The notes under the pieces: model-generated
What the model saw: only the letters and a program-made list of their open reading frames with translations
Databases searched by the model: none
Told to the model about the DNA's origin: nothing
NCBI GenBank assembly: GCA_051942205.1
Contig: JAVECO010000072.1
Span: forward strand, 1 to 64,000
Direction of reading: 5' to 3'
Length of the DNA: 64,000 nt
Origin: Coniocarpon cinnabarinum
Taxonomy: Eukaryota
Part shown: positions 1 through 10,699 of the stretch, piece after piece
How positions within the stretch are numbered: position 1 is the first letter of the stretch
Layout of the letters: every line of letters begins with the position of its first letter
Position numbers and translations under genes: made by a program

Positions 1-1159
1 ACCCACTGAAATCCTCCCTCTTCCTCAAGCGTGCCTTCGGTCCCGCCAACCCCAGCCTTACCTCCCATCCGTCGTCCTCCCAGCGTGTTCGTCCCTCCCA
101 CGCTTGGTTCAAGGGCGCCCAGGCAATCTCGACGATGAGACTTTGAGAGATGGGACCGTAGTCGTTGCTGTCGTAGCTGCTTTGCGGATTGTCGCCTTCG
201 ATCCAGATGTAGCCGTAGGGTATTGTGACCGGGTTTTCTTCTTCTTTTTCTTCTTGCTCTGATTCTGGGTGTGGCTGTGGTGATGTCTGCAGGCGTGTCG
301 ATTGCTGAGATGAGAGATGTGGGCATGCTGATGTGTCTTTGCTGTTCTGCTGTGCCTCTCGGATGATTTTGGGCCGTCGTGAGAGAGGGGTGATGATGTC
401 GCCTGGCAGTCCGATGACGCGCTTCACAACCAGTTTATCCTTCTCATTCGGGCTTGATAGACAAATGATACTCCCCCGCTTCAAAGTGCGCATAACGCTC
501 TTCTCACCAATCTTCACGTCTCTCTTCCCCTGCCTGCCCTCATCACCCTCACCACTTCCCGAATCATTCCCACCACCGCTGCCTTCTCCTGTTCCAACCA
601 TCGAATCATCAACAGCGTCCAACTTCCCCTTCCAAGCCCTCACAAACAGCACTCGCTCCTTCCGCCCGCTCGCGGGATTCTCGAGAATCTCAGGCGAGAG
701 CGTCGGCGCCATGGACGCGCCATTGATGGTGCGGATCGCGACGGGGGAGGAGTCATACACGAGGTAGAAGAGGACGGTGGTGACGAGGAAGGTCTTCCAG
801 AATGTGCGGGTTTGGAGCCATTCTGTCAGACGCCTGAGGAGAGGTTCTCGGGCCTGAGATTCTGTGTGGCTTTGACGCCGGCGGCGACGGGCTGCGTTGG
901 ATGCGAAGCGGGAGAACTGCGGATGGAGAGGGGGTGGAGGTAAGCGCTGATGAACGGGTCGAGACTTAGGATGGGTGGGATGTAGGGACCGCGATGCATG
1001 GCGGAGAGTGTGAATGAACTGTTCTGATGGCGATTTCGGCGCGGGAGCTGTACTAGCGGAATGATGAAGAAGTTGAGACCGATGAGAAAACGGCCATTGC
1101 TGACGGAAGCGGCATTGACGAACGAAAGTCCTGCAAGAGGATGCGTTGAAGATGCGCAT
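1..1159 (-). CDS. IMP2: Mitochondrial inner-membrane peptidase (S26 family, IMP2-like); 3' end runs off the window
   Basis: Manual translation (absent from the ORF track, probably because there is no stop in the window): ATG at 1159 MRIFNASSCRTFVRQ..., hydrophobic segment TFLVTTVLFYLVY, catalytic-Ser motif INGASMAPTLSP, catalytic-Lys motif PNEKDKLVVKRVIGLPGD, and IPYGYIWIEGDNPQSSYDSNDYGPISQSLI. The EGDN/DSN/YGPIS form fits IMP2 better than IMP1. Confidence 0.88.
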   Translation of the reverse strand, partial: MRIFNASSCRTFVRQCRFRQQWPFSHRSQLLHHSASTAPAPKSPSEQFIHTLRHASRSLHPTHPKSRPVHQRLPPPPLHPQFSRFASNAARRRRRQSHTESQAREPLLRRLTEWLQTRTFWKTFLVTTVLFYLVYDSSPVAIRTINGASMAPTLSPEILENPASGRKERVLFVRAWKGKLDAVDDSMVGTGEGSGGGNDSGSGEGDEGRQGKRDVKIGEKSVMRTLKRGSIICLSSPNEKDKLVVKRVIGLPGDIITPLSRRPKIIREAQQNSKDTSACPHLSSQQSTRLQTSPQPHPESEQEEKEEENPVTIPYGYIWIEGDNPQSSYDSNDYGPISQSLIVEIAWAPLNQAWEGRTRWEDDGWEVRLGLAGPKARLRKREDFSG

Positions 1160-2160
1160 GCGCCGTGGCTTCAAGACAACGACGAGAAGACTCGTCACTC
1201 GTTTGCCATGCAGCAAGGCTTCGACAAGCCAATGCGTGGTGCGCAAAGTTTACGAGCTTGCAGCCTTGCAGTCTTCAGAAGATGGATTGAATACAATCAA
1301 ATAGCCTATTTGGGAAATCCTGACTCGCGAGTTTCACCTAAAATGATCATACCAGGCCAAGAGTGGTCTAGTGCCTCGCTTCGTATTTACAACTTCGCTT
1401 CACTTCGTCTTCCCCCTCAAAGCCTTGCGATTGCACGTGGGCGCTTCGTCCTCTTCTGAACCTGTGAATATGGTCTGCTTGGCGCCGAGCGGGTTGTTAA
1501 TGCTGCATGCATTCGTCGATTGCGGTCGAGATTGTCGACGTGGATCATATTGCCCCTAGCCTTTCCACGTGGCATTATGCTTATCTTCATGTGCTGGATG
1601 GCATGGCTCAGGATTCTCAGCCAACAAGTATGTAAAACTTGACTGGACCGTGCATCCAAACCCCGCAAGTTGCCTGTGCCAGACAAACGGTAAATTCGCG
1701 TAAGCGAGTCTGAGGTCCTCTTGCGTGATGGCATCGTTCTCGGCCATACTCCTGCTCGCCATGCAGACGCTACCTCCACCGCTCGGACCTCGCAGGCAGT
1801 CTAGCAGCTGCAGTCCCCCTGCTTGGACGTCTGCAGCTTGCATGAAAATCGTGGACCGTTTTACGCGGCGGCTGCGTAGCGAGGTCGTGGTCCCACAGAC
1901 ACGTGCTACTTTCCGTCGCTGCCCAGGTCGCGCGAGAGAGTTGTCGACAGCCTTGCGCGCAGTGCTCTCATAAAAACTGCTTGACTTGCTGCCCACAAGA
2001 GGAAGGCTGGGTGTCTTGTAGCTATCGGCCATTGGTTGCAGGAACTTTACTCACCTGAACATACCACCGCCGCTGCGCCAAGTAGTATCTTTCCTCGTAT
2101 CCAAGTCTTTCGTTTTGCGTTTTTCAGAACAGTCCCCTCCTTCTTGACCGTGCGACAAAT

Positions 2161-2862
2161 ATGGAGAGAAACGACTTGTGGTTCTTGATCAACTACGGTC
2201 TAATCATCGTTTTTGACATCATCGAGCTTGGATTGACTGCATACGGTATTCAAGGCCGCAAGTCTAGTCCTTTCCCTCGTCTAACGCGGCATTCCAGGCG
2301 TGAACAAAACCTACACAGATCCCTACTACAATGACTATTTCTACTCCAATTGGGACGCTCTTAAGCTCTGCCTGGCAGTGGTTAGTAGGAGAAGCGCATC
2401 TGGATACTCGAATGGTCGGTGACTGTGTCTAGTCAATCATCTCACTGCCAGTCATTGCGTATGGCCTAGTCAGTAGACTTCGAAAAGACAGCATCTGGCC
2501 TCGCACATCTTTCATTCAGCACAAATTCGACCTCGTAATTTGCAACAGCATCATCTGGGTCCTGTGGCTTGCTGCTGCCTCTGCCCAAGCCGACTTTGTG
2601 TCTCGAAGGATATACGGAGACTGTGATGACTTTTACTTCGACTGTGGGCCTCTTGGATCTGGCAGCAGAGGAAGACAAACTGCGGATACGGTTTTTGCCT
2701 TCTTCAACTGGTACGTCGAATAACGTTCCAACTCGATGAGTGGCGCTGACCAAATGGTGCAGGCTCGCCTGGTGGGGACCTTTTGTCTGGGCCTTGCGCA
2801 AATGCTGGGATTCGTTCTACGAGGGCCGCAGAGCGCCGGGTGACCAACCTGAGATGGTCTGA
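2161..2862 (+). CDS. MARVEL-domain four-TM membrane protein, 181 aa, 4 exons
   Basis: Exons 2161-2245, 2298-2380, 2433-2710 and 2763-2862 with GT-AG introns splice to an open frame of 546 nt: MERNDLWFLINYGLIIVFDIIELGLTAYG...IIWVLWLAAASAQADF...TADTVFAFFNWLAWWG...PEMV*. IIELGLTAY and AFFNW-type motifs are typical of fungal MARVEL proteins. Confidence 0.8.
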
Positions 2863-3013
2863 CAGAAGATCATATGAGATCGTTTCGACGTCATTGAAGT
2901 GAAGTCACTAACAAACGAAGTCCATACTCATTGGCATGAGCGGGAGAAATGAGGTATATGGATCGTGAAAATGGCTTCATTGCGCACAAGAGCCGTCATG
3001 TGTGCACCATGGT

Positions 3014-3583
3014 TCATCTCTCCCACCACCATCTTGGCCTTCGATATTGTCGTTGTGGACAATGATGACTTGCTATCAGCGGCATCGCAATCCCACCCTT
3101 GCTTTCATGCTGCCAGACATGCTCTCGCTCCCACCTGATACAGTTTTGACAGCACCGAAAGGTTTGACAGAAGGCACACGTAATACCTCTAAATGTAGCA
3201 ACCGGCAAATAGTGTCGACCAGCGCAGGACTTCGTCGCGTCATCTGCATACCCTTTGAACGACAGCTCGTGTAACTGGCACTCCTGGTGTTCCGCCCACT
3301 GACCAGCGTCGTGGCACTCATTGCAGATGCACACGCCGTGGCGATAGCACCAGTACGCGGTGCTTCCCCAACGGAACCGCAGCGGTGTTGAATGATTAGC
3401 TTGATGAACACAACACTCAATCGGCGCATAAAACTGGGGATCGTATTTCTGTAGGTGTGCCTGGTGATAGTAATTGTTGATAGTCTTAGTCACATAGCCC
3501 ACTTCGGCGCTGCTGCCATGATCGACGTGAACATTGCTGATGGACTGCCAAAACGCGGCTTTAGGTTCGTCGGATCGCGTCAT
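3014..3583 (-). CDS. 189-aa protein: N-terminal HET-s-like amyloid motif (R0) + two Cys/His zinc-finger-like units; putative activator of the adjacent HeLo-like effector
   Basis: First in-frame ATG of the 3014..3658 ORF is at 3583. Residues 13-29 QSISNVHVDHGSSAEVG match both C-terminal repeats of the neighbouring gene. 14 Cys, mostly in CCVH..CYRHGVCICNEC..HQEC and CAGRH..CAFCQTFRCCQNC..HVWQH. Confidence 0.75.
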   Translation of the reverse strand: MTRSDEPKAAFWQSISNVHVDHGSSAEVGYVTKTINNYYHQAHLQKYDPQFYAPIECCVHQANHSTPLRFRWGSTAYWCYRHGVCICNECHDAGQWAEHQECQLHELSFKGYADDATKSCAGRHYLPVATFRGITCAFCQTFRCCQNCIRWEREHVWQHESKGGIAMPLIASHHCPQRQYRRPRWWWER

Positions 3584-3977
3584 CGTTTCAGGGCAGTTCT
3601 TGAAAGGCTGAGGATGCTGCGTCACTGTGTGCGATGCAAAATCGTTTTGGAGCAACACGGCATAGCATCATGCGCATGCTTCGAGCGACCAAGCTTACTG
3701 CGAAATCTGGCGATAGATCTAGCCCTTCGGACGCCAATCGAGTAGGGCGGCGGACCTGAGTGAGGCAGACACTCGTCCGTGTTTTGCAGATGACCAGGAG
3801 TTTGTCAGCGGCTGACGTACCGGATGAGGCTGATAGTTGCTACCACCCGGCAGCCGCACAACTGAGCGTAACTCATAGTTTCGAAGTTGAACCATGCGAA
3901 TAGACCGGATTCGAAAGGTCTTAACTTGCTCATCCTATCTCTGAGAGCCATCCATACTCAAACTTTTTTTTGCCTTC

Positions 3978-4910
3978 ATGGATCCGTTCAGCATCGCTGC
4001 TGGCATCGTTGGCATCACTGATGGCGCGGTCTCGAGCAGTGTTGCTCTTGCGAGATCCCTGAACGCTATTCAAGAGGCTCCTCGCACAATCAATATTGCT
4101 CGTGACAATGTTGACACATTGCAGGTGACACTGTCATCTCTTTCAAATGCGGTGCGATCACAATCTGCGAGCACTACATCATCTCAAACGCTAGCAAGCA
4201 GCACATCACTGCGGACTGTGATTCAAGATTGTACATCTGACTGTGAGGTCTTTCGTGCATACATTGAGAGTTGTACGAGGCATTCGACAGAGGATCGCAT
4301 CTCGCCCCGTGATCGAATTCGCATTGGTATCTTCTCAGATGGCAAGATCAAGTCCTTCAGTCGCCGAATAGCAATGCGAATGGATATGATAAACTTCGTT
4401 GTCACGTGCGCTTCGTTGTAAGTCGCCTGCTCTAGGGTGTAAGTGAAACGCTGCTCTGTACTTCGACTGACCAGATATAGTATCGACAGACAGCCACAGC
4501 AGCAAACAGGCTCAGAACTTGCAATTTATCAACAGCAAGCAAATACGCGTCTGAGACGAGTCGAAGAACGTATGACAGAGCTCGAGCAGCTCAATCAACA
4601 GCCAGCTTTGGACGAAGTCGATGGTCATTCCAGCCAAGGTGGCGTGCAAGCAGAACGCAACAGCCTTGTCCCTCTGTTGGAGCTTTGCAAAGACGCCAAG
4701 CGCTGGCTAAACAACCCACGCCTCCGACAAATGATCACAGATGTTTCCGTTGATCAAAAGAGTCGAGGTCTTGTAGGAATGAGTAAGATGTCGGCTGATT
4801 CCCGCGCGTGGACAAGCGTTGACCAGGGTATTTCGGGAGTGTCAGTCACTGGCGAAAGTAATGGCATCGTTGGGGTGGCAAATGCTTCTGACGCTTTTTG
4901 GAAAAGATGA
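3978..4910 (+). CDS. HeLo-like (fungal STAND N-terminal / Helo_like_N-type) effector with C-terminal two-repeat amyloid prion-forming domain, ~289 aa, 2 exons
   Basis: N-terminus MDPFSIAAGIVGITDGAV and ..C..DC..F..I..CT.HS..DR.S.RDR are typical of HeLo-like domains. Intron 4418(GTAAGT)-4480(TAG), branch CTGAC at 4467, joins ORFs 3978.. and 4443.. in frame (an alternative in-frame AG lies at 4474). C-terminus: QMITDVSVDQKSRGLVG / QGISGVSVTGESNGIVG / ANASDAFWKR*. Confidence 0.88.
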
Positions 4911-5479
4911 TGTTTTAACTCAGGCTCTGCAAAAGCTGTTGCAGTCGCCATCTTCCATTCGAGTAGAGTTTACGGTAAATTTAGCGCACTCATGTCTGCG
5001 TCAATGCATCAGGCATTAGCGACTTGGTTAGGCACTCGAAATTGATTGTTCGCTAGCAAGGTGTGTCGTCGTCTTCGCTGTAAAACTGCGCCCTGCAATT
5101 AACTCCATCAATGCGCATACGCGATCAAAATTGATGCTAGCATTCACGAACTCCGTTTAGACAGATCAGGATCTGAGAAGACTCCCTTCAATGGAAAGTA
5201 AAGACAGAAACGAACTTTACCTCTAGTCGATATCTGGGTGGATACTTGGACTGCGTACGCCTCGCTTCTCAGGCGTCAGTCTCACATGCACGCTCACGAC
5301 TCGAAGATATAACAGTGATGGTGTCAATGGCCGACTGAATACGTTGCGTCAATGATGTTCAGGCAGAGCTTTGTGGAGTCTTGCGGTTTGCGGCGTACCG
5401 GGTTTCGGTCATCTTCGTCAAGGGTATCAATACAAGTCTAAGACTACACTTCACAATCCACCATCTCCACCCCACGATC

Positions 5480-8400
5480 CTATCGCTCCCTCTCCACCAC
5501 TCTGACCTCATCTCCAGTCTGCACACGCTCAATCTCCATCCCGACACTGAGCACCCAGTGATCTCGCTCGGCACGACTTCGCGCTCGGAAGACCATGCTC
5601 GTTCCCTCCTTCCCCAGCTTCTTGACTCGCCTCAGCCTCTGCCTGCTTTTGCTCCCGCCCTCAGCACCTGGGCCGCCTAGGAATTGGCTCTTCTTCTTTT
5701 TGGCGCGACCGACGAGTTTGGAGGTGGGCGAGCGCTCGTGCTGCGTAATGCTGTCTTCCTCTTGACCCCTGAACCAGCCACTCTTCTTGCCGTGCCAGAT
5801 CACGAAGCAGACGCTCGTGTCTTCGTCACTGGATGACCATCCATCGTCCAGCCAGATCCGTGGGAGACCATGACGACCGGGTCGCGCACGATCAATGACG
5901 GACGTACCGCCCGAGTAAAGGTTGTTGTCTGCCGTCGCTAGACCCGAATAGACATAGCATTCCTTCAAATCGAGGGTGTCCACACGCTCGTGGTGCGTAT
6001 TCTTGATGATCTTGCCGTCGCGTGTCCGCAGTGCGTCTGCAAACATAAGCAGCTTGCCGTGCGAAATGACACAGAGCATGCGCGTGAACGAGCCGTGATG
6101 TCTTCCTTTGTGGTAGAGGTGCCCGGACATGGAGACGGAGCGACAACATGCAATGTTGCACATGTTGTACTGTTCTGGGCTGGCGGCCGAGTTCTTGACC
6201 TCCCACTTAGACGCATACTGTCCAATAAGACTTTCCATCGCTTCGTCAATCTTGAGTCGCTCAGCGTTCTCTTGGCGGATCGACTTGTAGGTATGAATAT
6301 CAGCCGTAGTGCGCAAGTTCCAGTACTTTATGAGATCACGTAGACGGGTCATCCACTCGGTTTTGGTGGTCTTGTTGTAAGCTTGCAAACGGATGATGAG
6401 CCCGTTCTTCAAGACGAGTTCGAAGACGCGATCGTCATCCACTTCCTTGGTGACGCCATCGTCTTGAAGCGTGTTCGGCACAGGTTGGTGGTATGAAACG
6501 TCAGGCCCAGAGCCGACGCGGTCGTCAGCAGGCGTGGCACCTCGCTGTATGTTGCGAACTTCGACGACATTACAGAGGTTCAATAAGCCGTCACAATTCC
6601 GCAGAAGACCAAGCTTGCGCTGGTTTTCGTCATATGCGTCAAGATCATGAGAGCGTGGTGTGCTGTTCGTGGCAATGTTGCGATTATGAGGCGACAGCCA
6701 TTCGATGCTATCTTGAAAGATTGGGTAAGGGTTCACAGCGTAAATGAGTGGCGTCTTCTCGGCTATCCGCTCAGCAGAGGGAACATGAGCGTCTTCGGTC
6801 ATGGGTAGGCGTGGAGGCGGCGGTGGATCAGCGCGGGCAGGTCGGTTAAAGAGTAAAAATTGATTGTGAGTCGAGAAGTAAAGGCGTTTGTAGAAGAGCT
6901 TGCCGAATTTCTTAAACTTGCCTTTCTGTGACGTGAGGCGGATGAGGAAGCCTTCCACGGGCGGCGGCTCTTGCATTTGCTCGTTCTTGCGTTCAGCAAC
7001 ATGTGTGGGATAATGCTGCTTTGGTCGCAGCTCAAGCTCGTGCGATCTCTCCATGCCCATTGTGCCGTACATCTTTTGCTCGTTAGCGCCGTGCACCCAC
7101 TCTAGGCGGTCATATCGTTTCCAAGCCAAGCCCATCTTGTGCTTTCCTTGCCATTGCTTGATCACGTCTGTCCAGTCTGGAGCCTCGTTCAGCATTTGCA
7201 TACAGTGACCAATGATTCGCGCAGCGGCTGCTTGCTCGGCTTGCATCGTCTTGTATACGGCAAGGTCAGGGTCGTCAGCTTCTTGGGCTTCCTGCCGCGA
7301 TGATTCGATTGACTCAAACGGTCTGTCGATGCGCAAATTGACCGACAAGTCAGGTACGTTGATCTGAAGCAGTTGCGATCGATTCCAGCCGAAGGTGTTC
7401 TTCATGAAGGTGAACCATTCCATGGAGCTGGCGCCAGACCTTGCTTGAAGGGTGAAGATGATGGTCCCCCGTCTTGAAGGGTACCAAATGGCAATGCTTT
7501 TGTCTAGTGGCGAGAATAGGTTGACCTTGCAATTCGATTTTCGAAGTTGGATTTCGTGAGTCCACCGTCTTTTCACGCTGGTCGTCTCGACAGCAGGCAC
7601 GACGCGAGATTTGTACAAATGCAATACGAACGGACAATCCTCCTCTGCATTCTTACGGCAGACACACATGTACTCCCTCCATCGTTCGATGATGGTCATC
7701 TCGATGTGCTGGCTGTCTCTCTCGGTGAACTCATCCGGAACCTTGTGGTTGGTAAAATCAATGCGCACAAGCATGTTCTCCATCTTGATGGCCTCACCTG
7801 CTTTGCCACTATTTCGTCGAGCAAGCTTGAAAGTGCCACGCTTTTGTATTTGGGCAAGTTTGAGTTTGACTGTACGCTTTCGATCTTTGTCTTGGGTTTC
7901 CGGAGGAATGTCAAATCGTACTAGTCCCGTGGTTGATCTGGGCTGCAAGCGGTTTCCGCTGGACTTGGAAGCCCCGTCGTCGCGATCAGTGGCTTGGTAT
8001 GATTTCGAGCGACTTCGAGATGGGCCCTCTGCTGCATCGCTGGCGTTGCCGTCGAGAGTCGCCCGTGCTTGTTCGACTCCACTTTCAGGTGGTTCATGGT
8101 GCAGCAAAGCCGTATTGGAGTTTGATCGTGACAACGCTGGAGCTATGGGGCTCATGACAGTCTGTGAGGCGACGGAATATCGCTGTTGTGGAGATTGATA
8201 CGACGCCCGTTGAGACGCAGGAGGATCATTCATACTGTTCCTGGTACTCGAAGAGTCCACTTCGGCTACTGAACTCAAACGGCTTGGAGATGGCGTCACG
8301 TCCTCGTTTGCCGTGACAAAGGACGCAGCGCTTCCAGACCGAGAATTCTTGATACTCGGTCTAGGTCTCATATGTGGGGACTCGTGGGACGGCTGACGTG

Positions 8401-9207
8401 ACGCAGGTGCTGACAGCCACATCTGATCACTGCTATCCGAGCTTTGTTGAGGGGGAGACTTCAGCCTCTGAGGTGATGTGGTCGTGTGCTTGGCGTCCAA
8501 CGAAGGATCGTCTGTGGGTGTTGATCGAGCTTTCCCAGCTGACGGCGGTTTCGAGGCCTTGAGTGTATCTGCACTCGAGCTTCGTGGGACAGTCTGAGGG
8601 GCACCGTCGCCAGTCGATCCTCCGCCAGGACCAGGATGGTCGACCTTACCGACAGAGACCCCTCGAGGGACATCAAAGGCGGGCGGGATCTCCTCAAGTG
8701 CTTCTGTGGGAGGAGCATCCTCGTCACTGATATGCCGCTCAACCAGGCGTTCAACCTCCTGCCTGGTAGATTGCGCCCGCAACTGCTGAAGCTGCTCCTT
8801 ACTCAAATCTGACCTTGCATCATCGTCGACGTCAGGCTCATTATCAACGTTCGCTGGCTGTTTGAAACTCAAGCCATGCGAAGCGGTCGCGCTGGGCCCT
8901 TCGAGACCAGTGAGCCGACGCTGTTTACTGACATGGAAGCCAGCCGTGAACGTCGACGCTCTCGAGGAATAATGGATCCGTAGATGGTGTCTGTACCAAT
9001 CTTTGCGGTGACTCTGCAGCCAGCCTTCTGGAATGGGTCCAATGAAGCAGCGTCGCGAGGTAAGATGGAGGTGCTCCGGCGATGCGTGTTGCTACCGTCG
9101 ATTAGCAGGAAAGCCTGACTTGGCCCGTATCAGATACATACTAGGCGATGCGCCGTATACGAATAGGGATCGAGGTCTTTTGGGAGGGTGCTGGTGGTGG
9201 AAGTCAT
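5480..9207 (-). CDS. SPO71: Spo71/Mug56-like PH-domain sporulation (prospore membrane) protein, ~1225 aa, 2 exons
   Basis: Exon 1 9207-9142, 50-nt intron 9141-9092, exon 2 9091-5480 in frame with the 1130-aa ORF. N-terminal YTAHRLQHASPEHLHLTSRRCFIGPIPEGWL, GLAWKRYDRLEWVHG, EPPPVEGFLIRLT and C-terminal VFRARSRAERDHWV are characteristic of this family. Confidence 0.88.
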
Positions 9208-9808
9208 GGGTGGAGATGCGGTCGCGAGTATGCCCAGGCGTGGTAAGAAGAGGGGGGTGTCATTAGGCTCAGAAGACGCCGGCAGGAGGATGATTACAAC
9301 ACATTACAAATAGTAGCAAAAGGGCGCAAGCGCAACGAGTGACAGAAGCTTATACGGGAGGGAATTGTGAGACATGGAGTGTGGGCGTGACGAGAAAGCA
9401 GACGGTCGGGGTGGAGATGGTCAACCGCCAAGTGCCACGTCGCCCGATCGCTCCAGCCCTCCAGCTGTTTTCCACTCGACGGTTGGCAATTGCAATGTAC
9501 GCAGACGGTCATTCTAAAAGACAAAGCATGCAACCGTGCTATCGTCGTTCGATGCCACTGCTGTTTAACGTCATCGACGCGGCGTAGTGCACGCGTGGCG
9601 AGCTTGTCAGCCTACTCCACGTCCCGTTATGGACCATCATCATCCAACATCATCCAACCAGCCCCCGTGTCGCCATCTTTCCCCAGATCTATTTTAGATT
9701 CATCATGCTCGCCCCCTCGTAGAATCACGTAGGTATAGGACCGCAGAACTTTTGCCCGCTCAAATCTCTGGTGCATCAAACGGAGATTCTCAACCTCCCT
9801 TCGAGGCC

Positions 9809-10699
9809 CTACCACTTCGCTGCCGGCGTCTTCTGAAACTCTTGGATGATCTTCACCTGTTCCTCCAACGCCCCCAGCCATTTGTTCTGGGCCTCTGCGA
9901 TCGTGTCTGGGTTGTCTCCAAGCTTTGCATAGAACACTCCTCGCGACGGCGTGTAGCCCATGGCCACCTTGAACGCTTTCTGCACAAACCAATTGTGATG
10001 CTGCTTCAGACTGTCCTCATATGCTCCCGAGAATGAGGGCGCAAGCTCCTCCTGTGGGTTGGTGATGTTCCTTCGAAGAGCCATTGCTGTGAAATCAAAT
10101 CCGCTGCTACCAGTCAGTCCCATGGTACCTTCCCTCGGGGAAAAACTCAGATCTCTACCGGATCAACCATACGAGGCCTTCGGATGCGGTGTGCTTCTTG
10201 GCCTTGATCTCGTTTATGACCAACTCTTGTAGTGTGTTCGAGTCGTTTGGTGCCTCCAAATGGCGGTCTCGAAGTTTCTGTTCGAGTTGGGTCAGCCCGC
10301 GCGCTGCAACCGCCGAGACGCAGTGGGTCGTCACCTTTATATTGCCAGTCATGTCTGACTTGACCATCTTAAATGCAGATGAGCCAAGAAGATCTAGCCA
10401 ATTCCACGTCAACACTCTGCAAAGCATAATGGAGCCGACAGCCGGCCAAACGAACCAAAGAGTCCCACAACAGACTCGGCGGCGTCGAGGAAGGGCGTGG
10501 TGGGAATGCCATTGTTGTTATCTCGCTCAATGGGCACGTCGGCAAAGGACTTCTTGTCGTCGTTGTCGAAGTAGGTCTTGCCGACTGGAAACGCAGCGCT
10601 ACCTGGCGACGGAATTGCTCCAGGCGCAGGAGCTGTAGGGGCCGTTGCGGACGGAGAGGACGCGGCAGCTGCAGGGGTATTGGGCGAAGAGGAGGCCAT
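9809..10699 (-). CDS. het-c2: Glycolipid transfer protein (GLTP, HET-C2 family), 238 aa, 4 exons
   Basis: Exons 10699-10456, 10393-10335, 10277-10159 and 10103-9809 (717 nt) give KKSFADVPI...PTTPFLDAAESVVGLFDLLGSSAFKMVKSDMTGNIKKLR...TASEGLVWLIRGFDFT...AYEDSLKQHHNWFVQKAF, which are classic GLTP motifs. Confidence 0.92.

Noticed and set aside
333..767. 144-aa plus-strand ORF
   Set aside because: Antisense shadow of the IMP2-like gene. Most short ORFs overlapping the called genes were rejected for the same reason.
2863..3583. R0 gene as the 5' exon of a longer NLR
   Set aside because: The frame is open to a stop at 3014, has no Walker A (GxGKS/T), and the convergent MARVEL gene lies immediately downstream.
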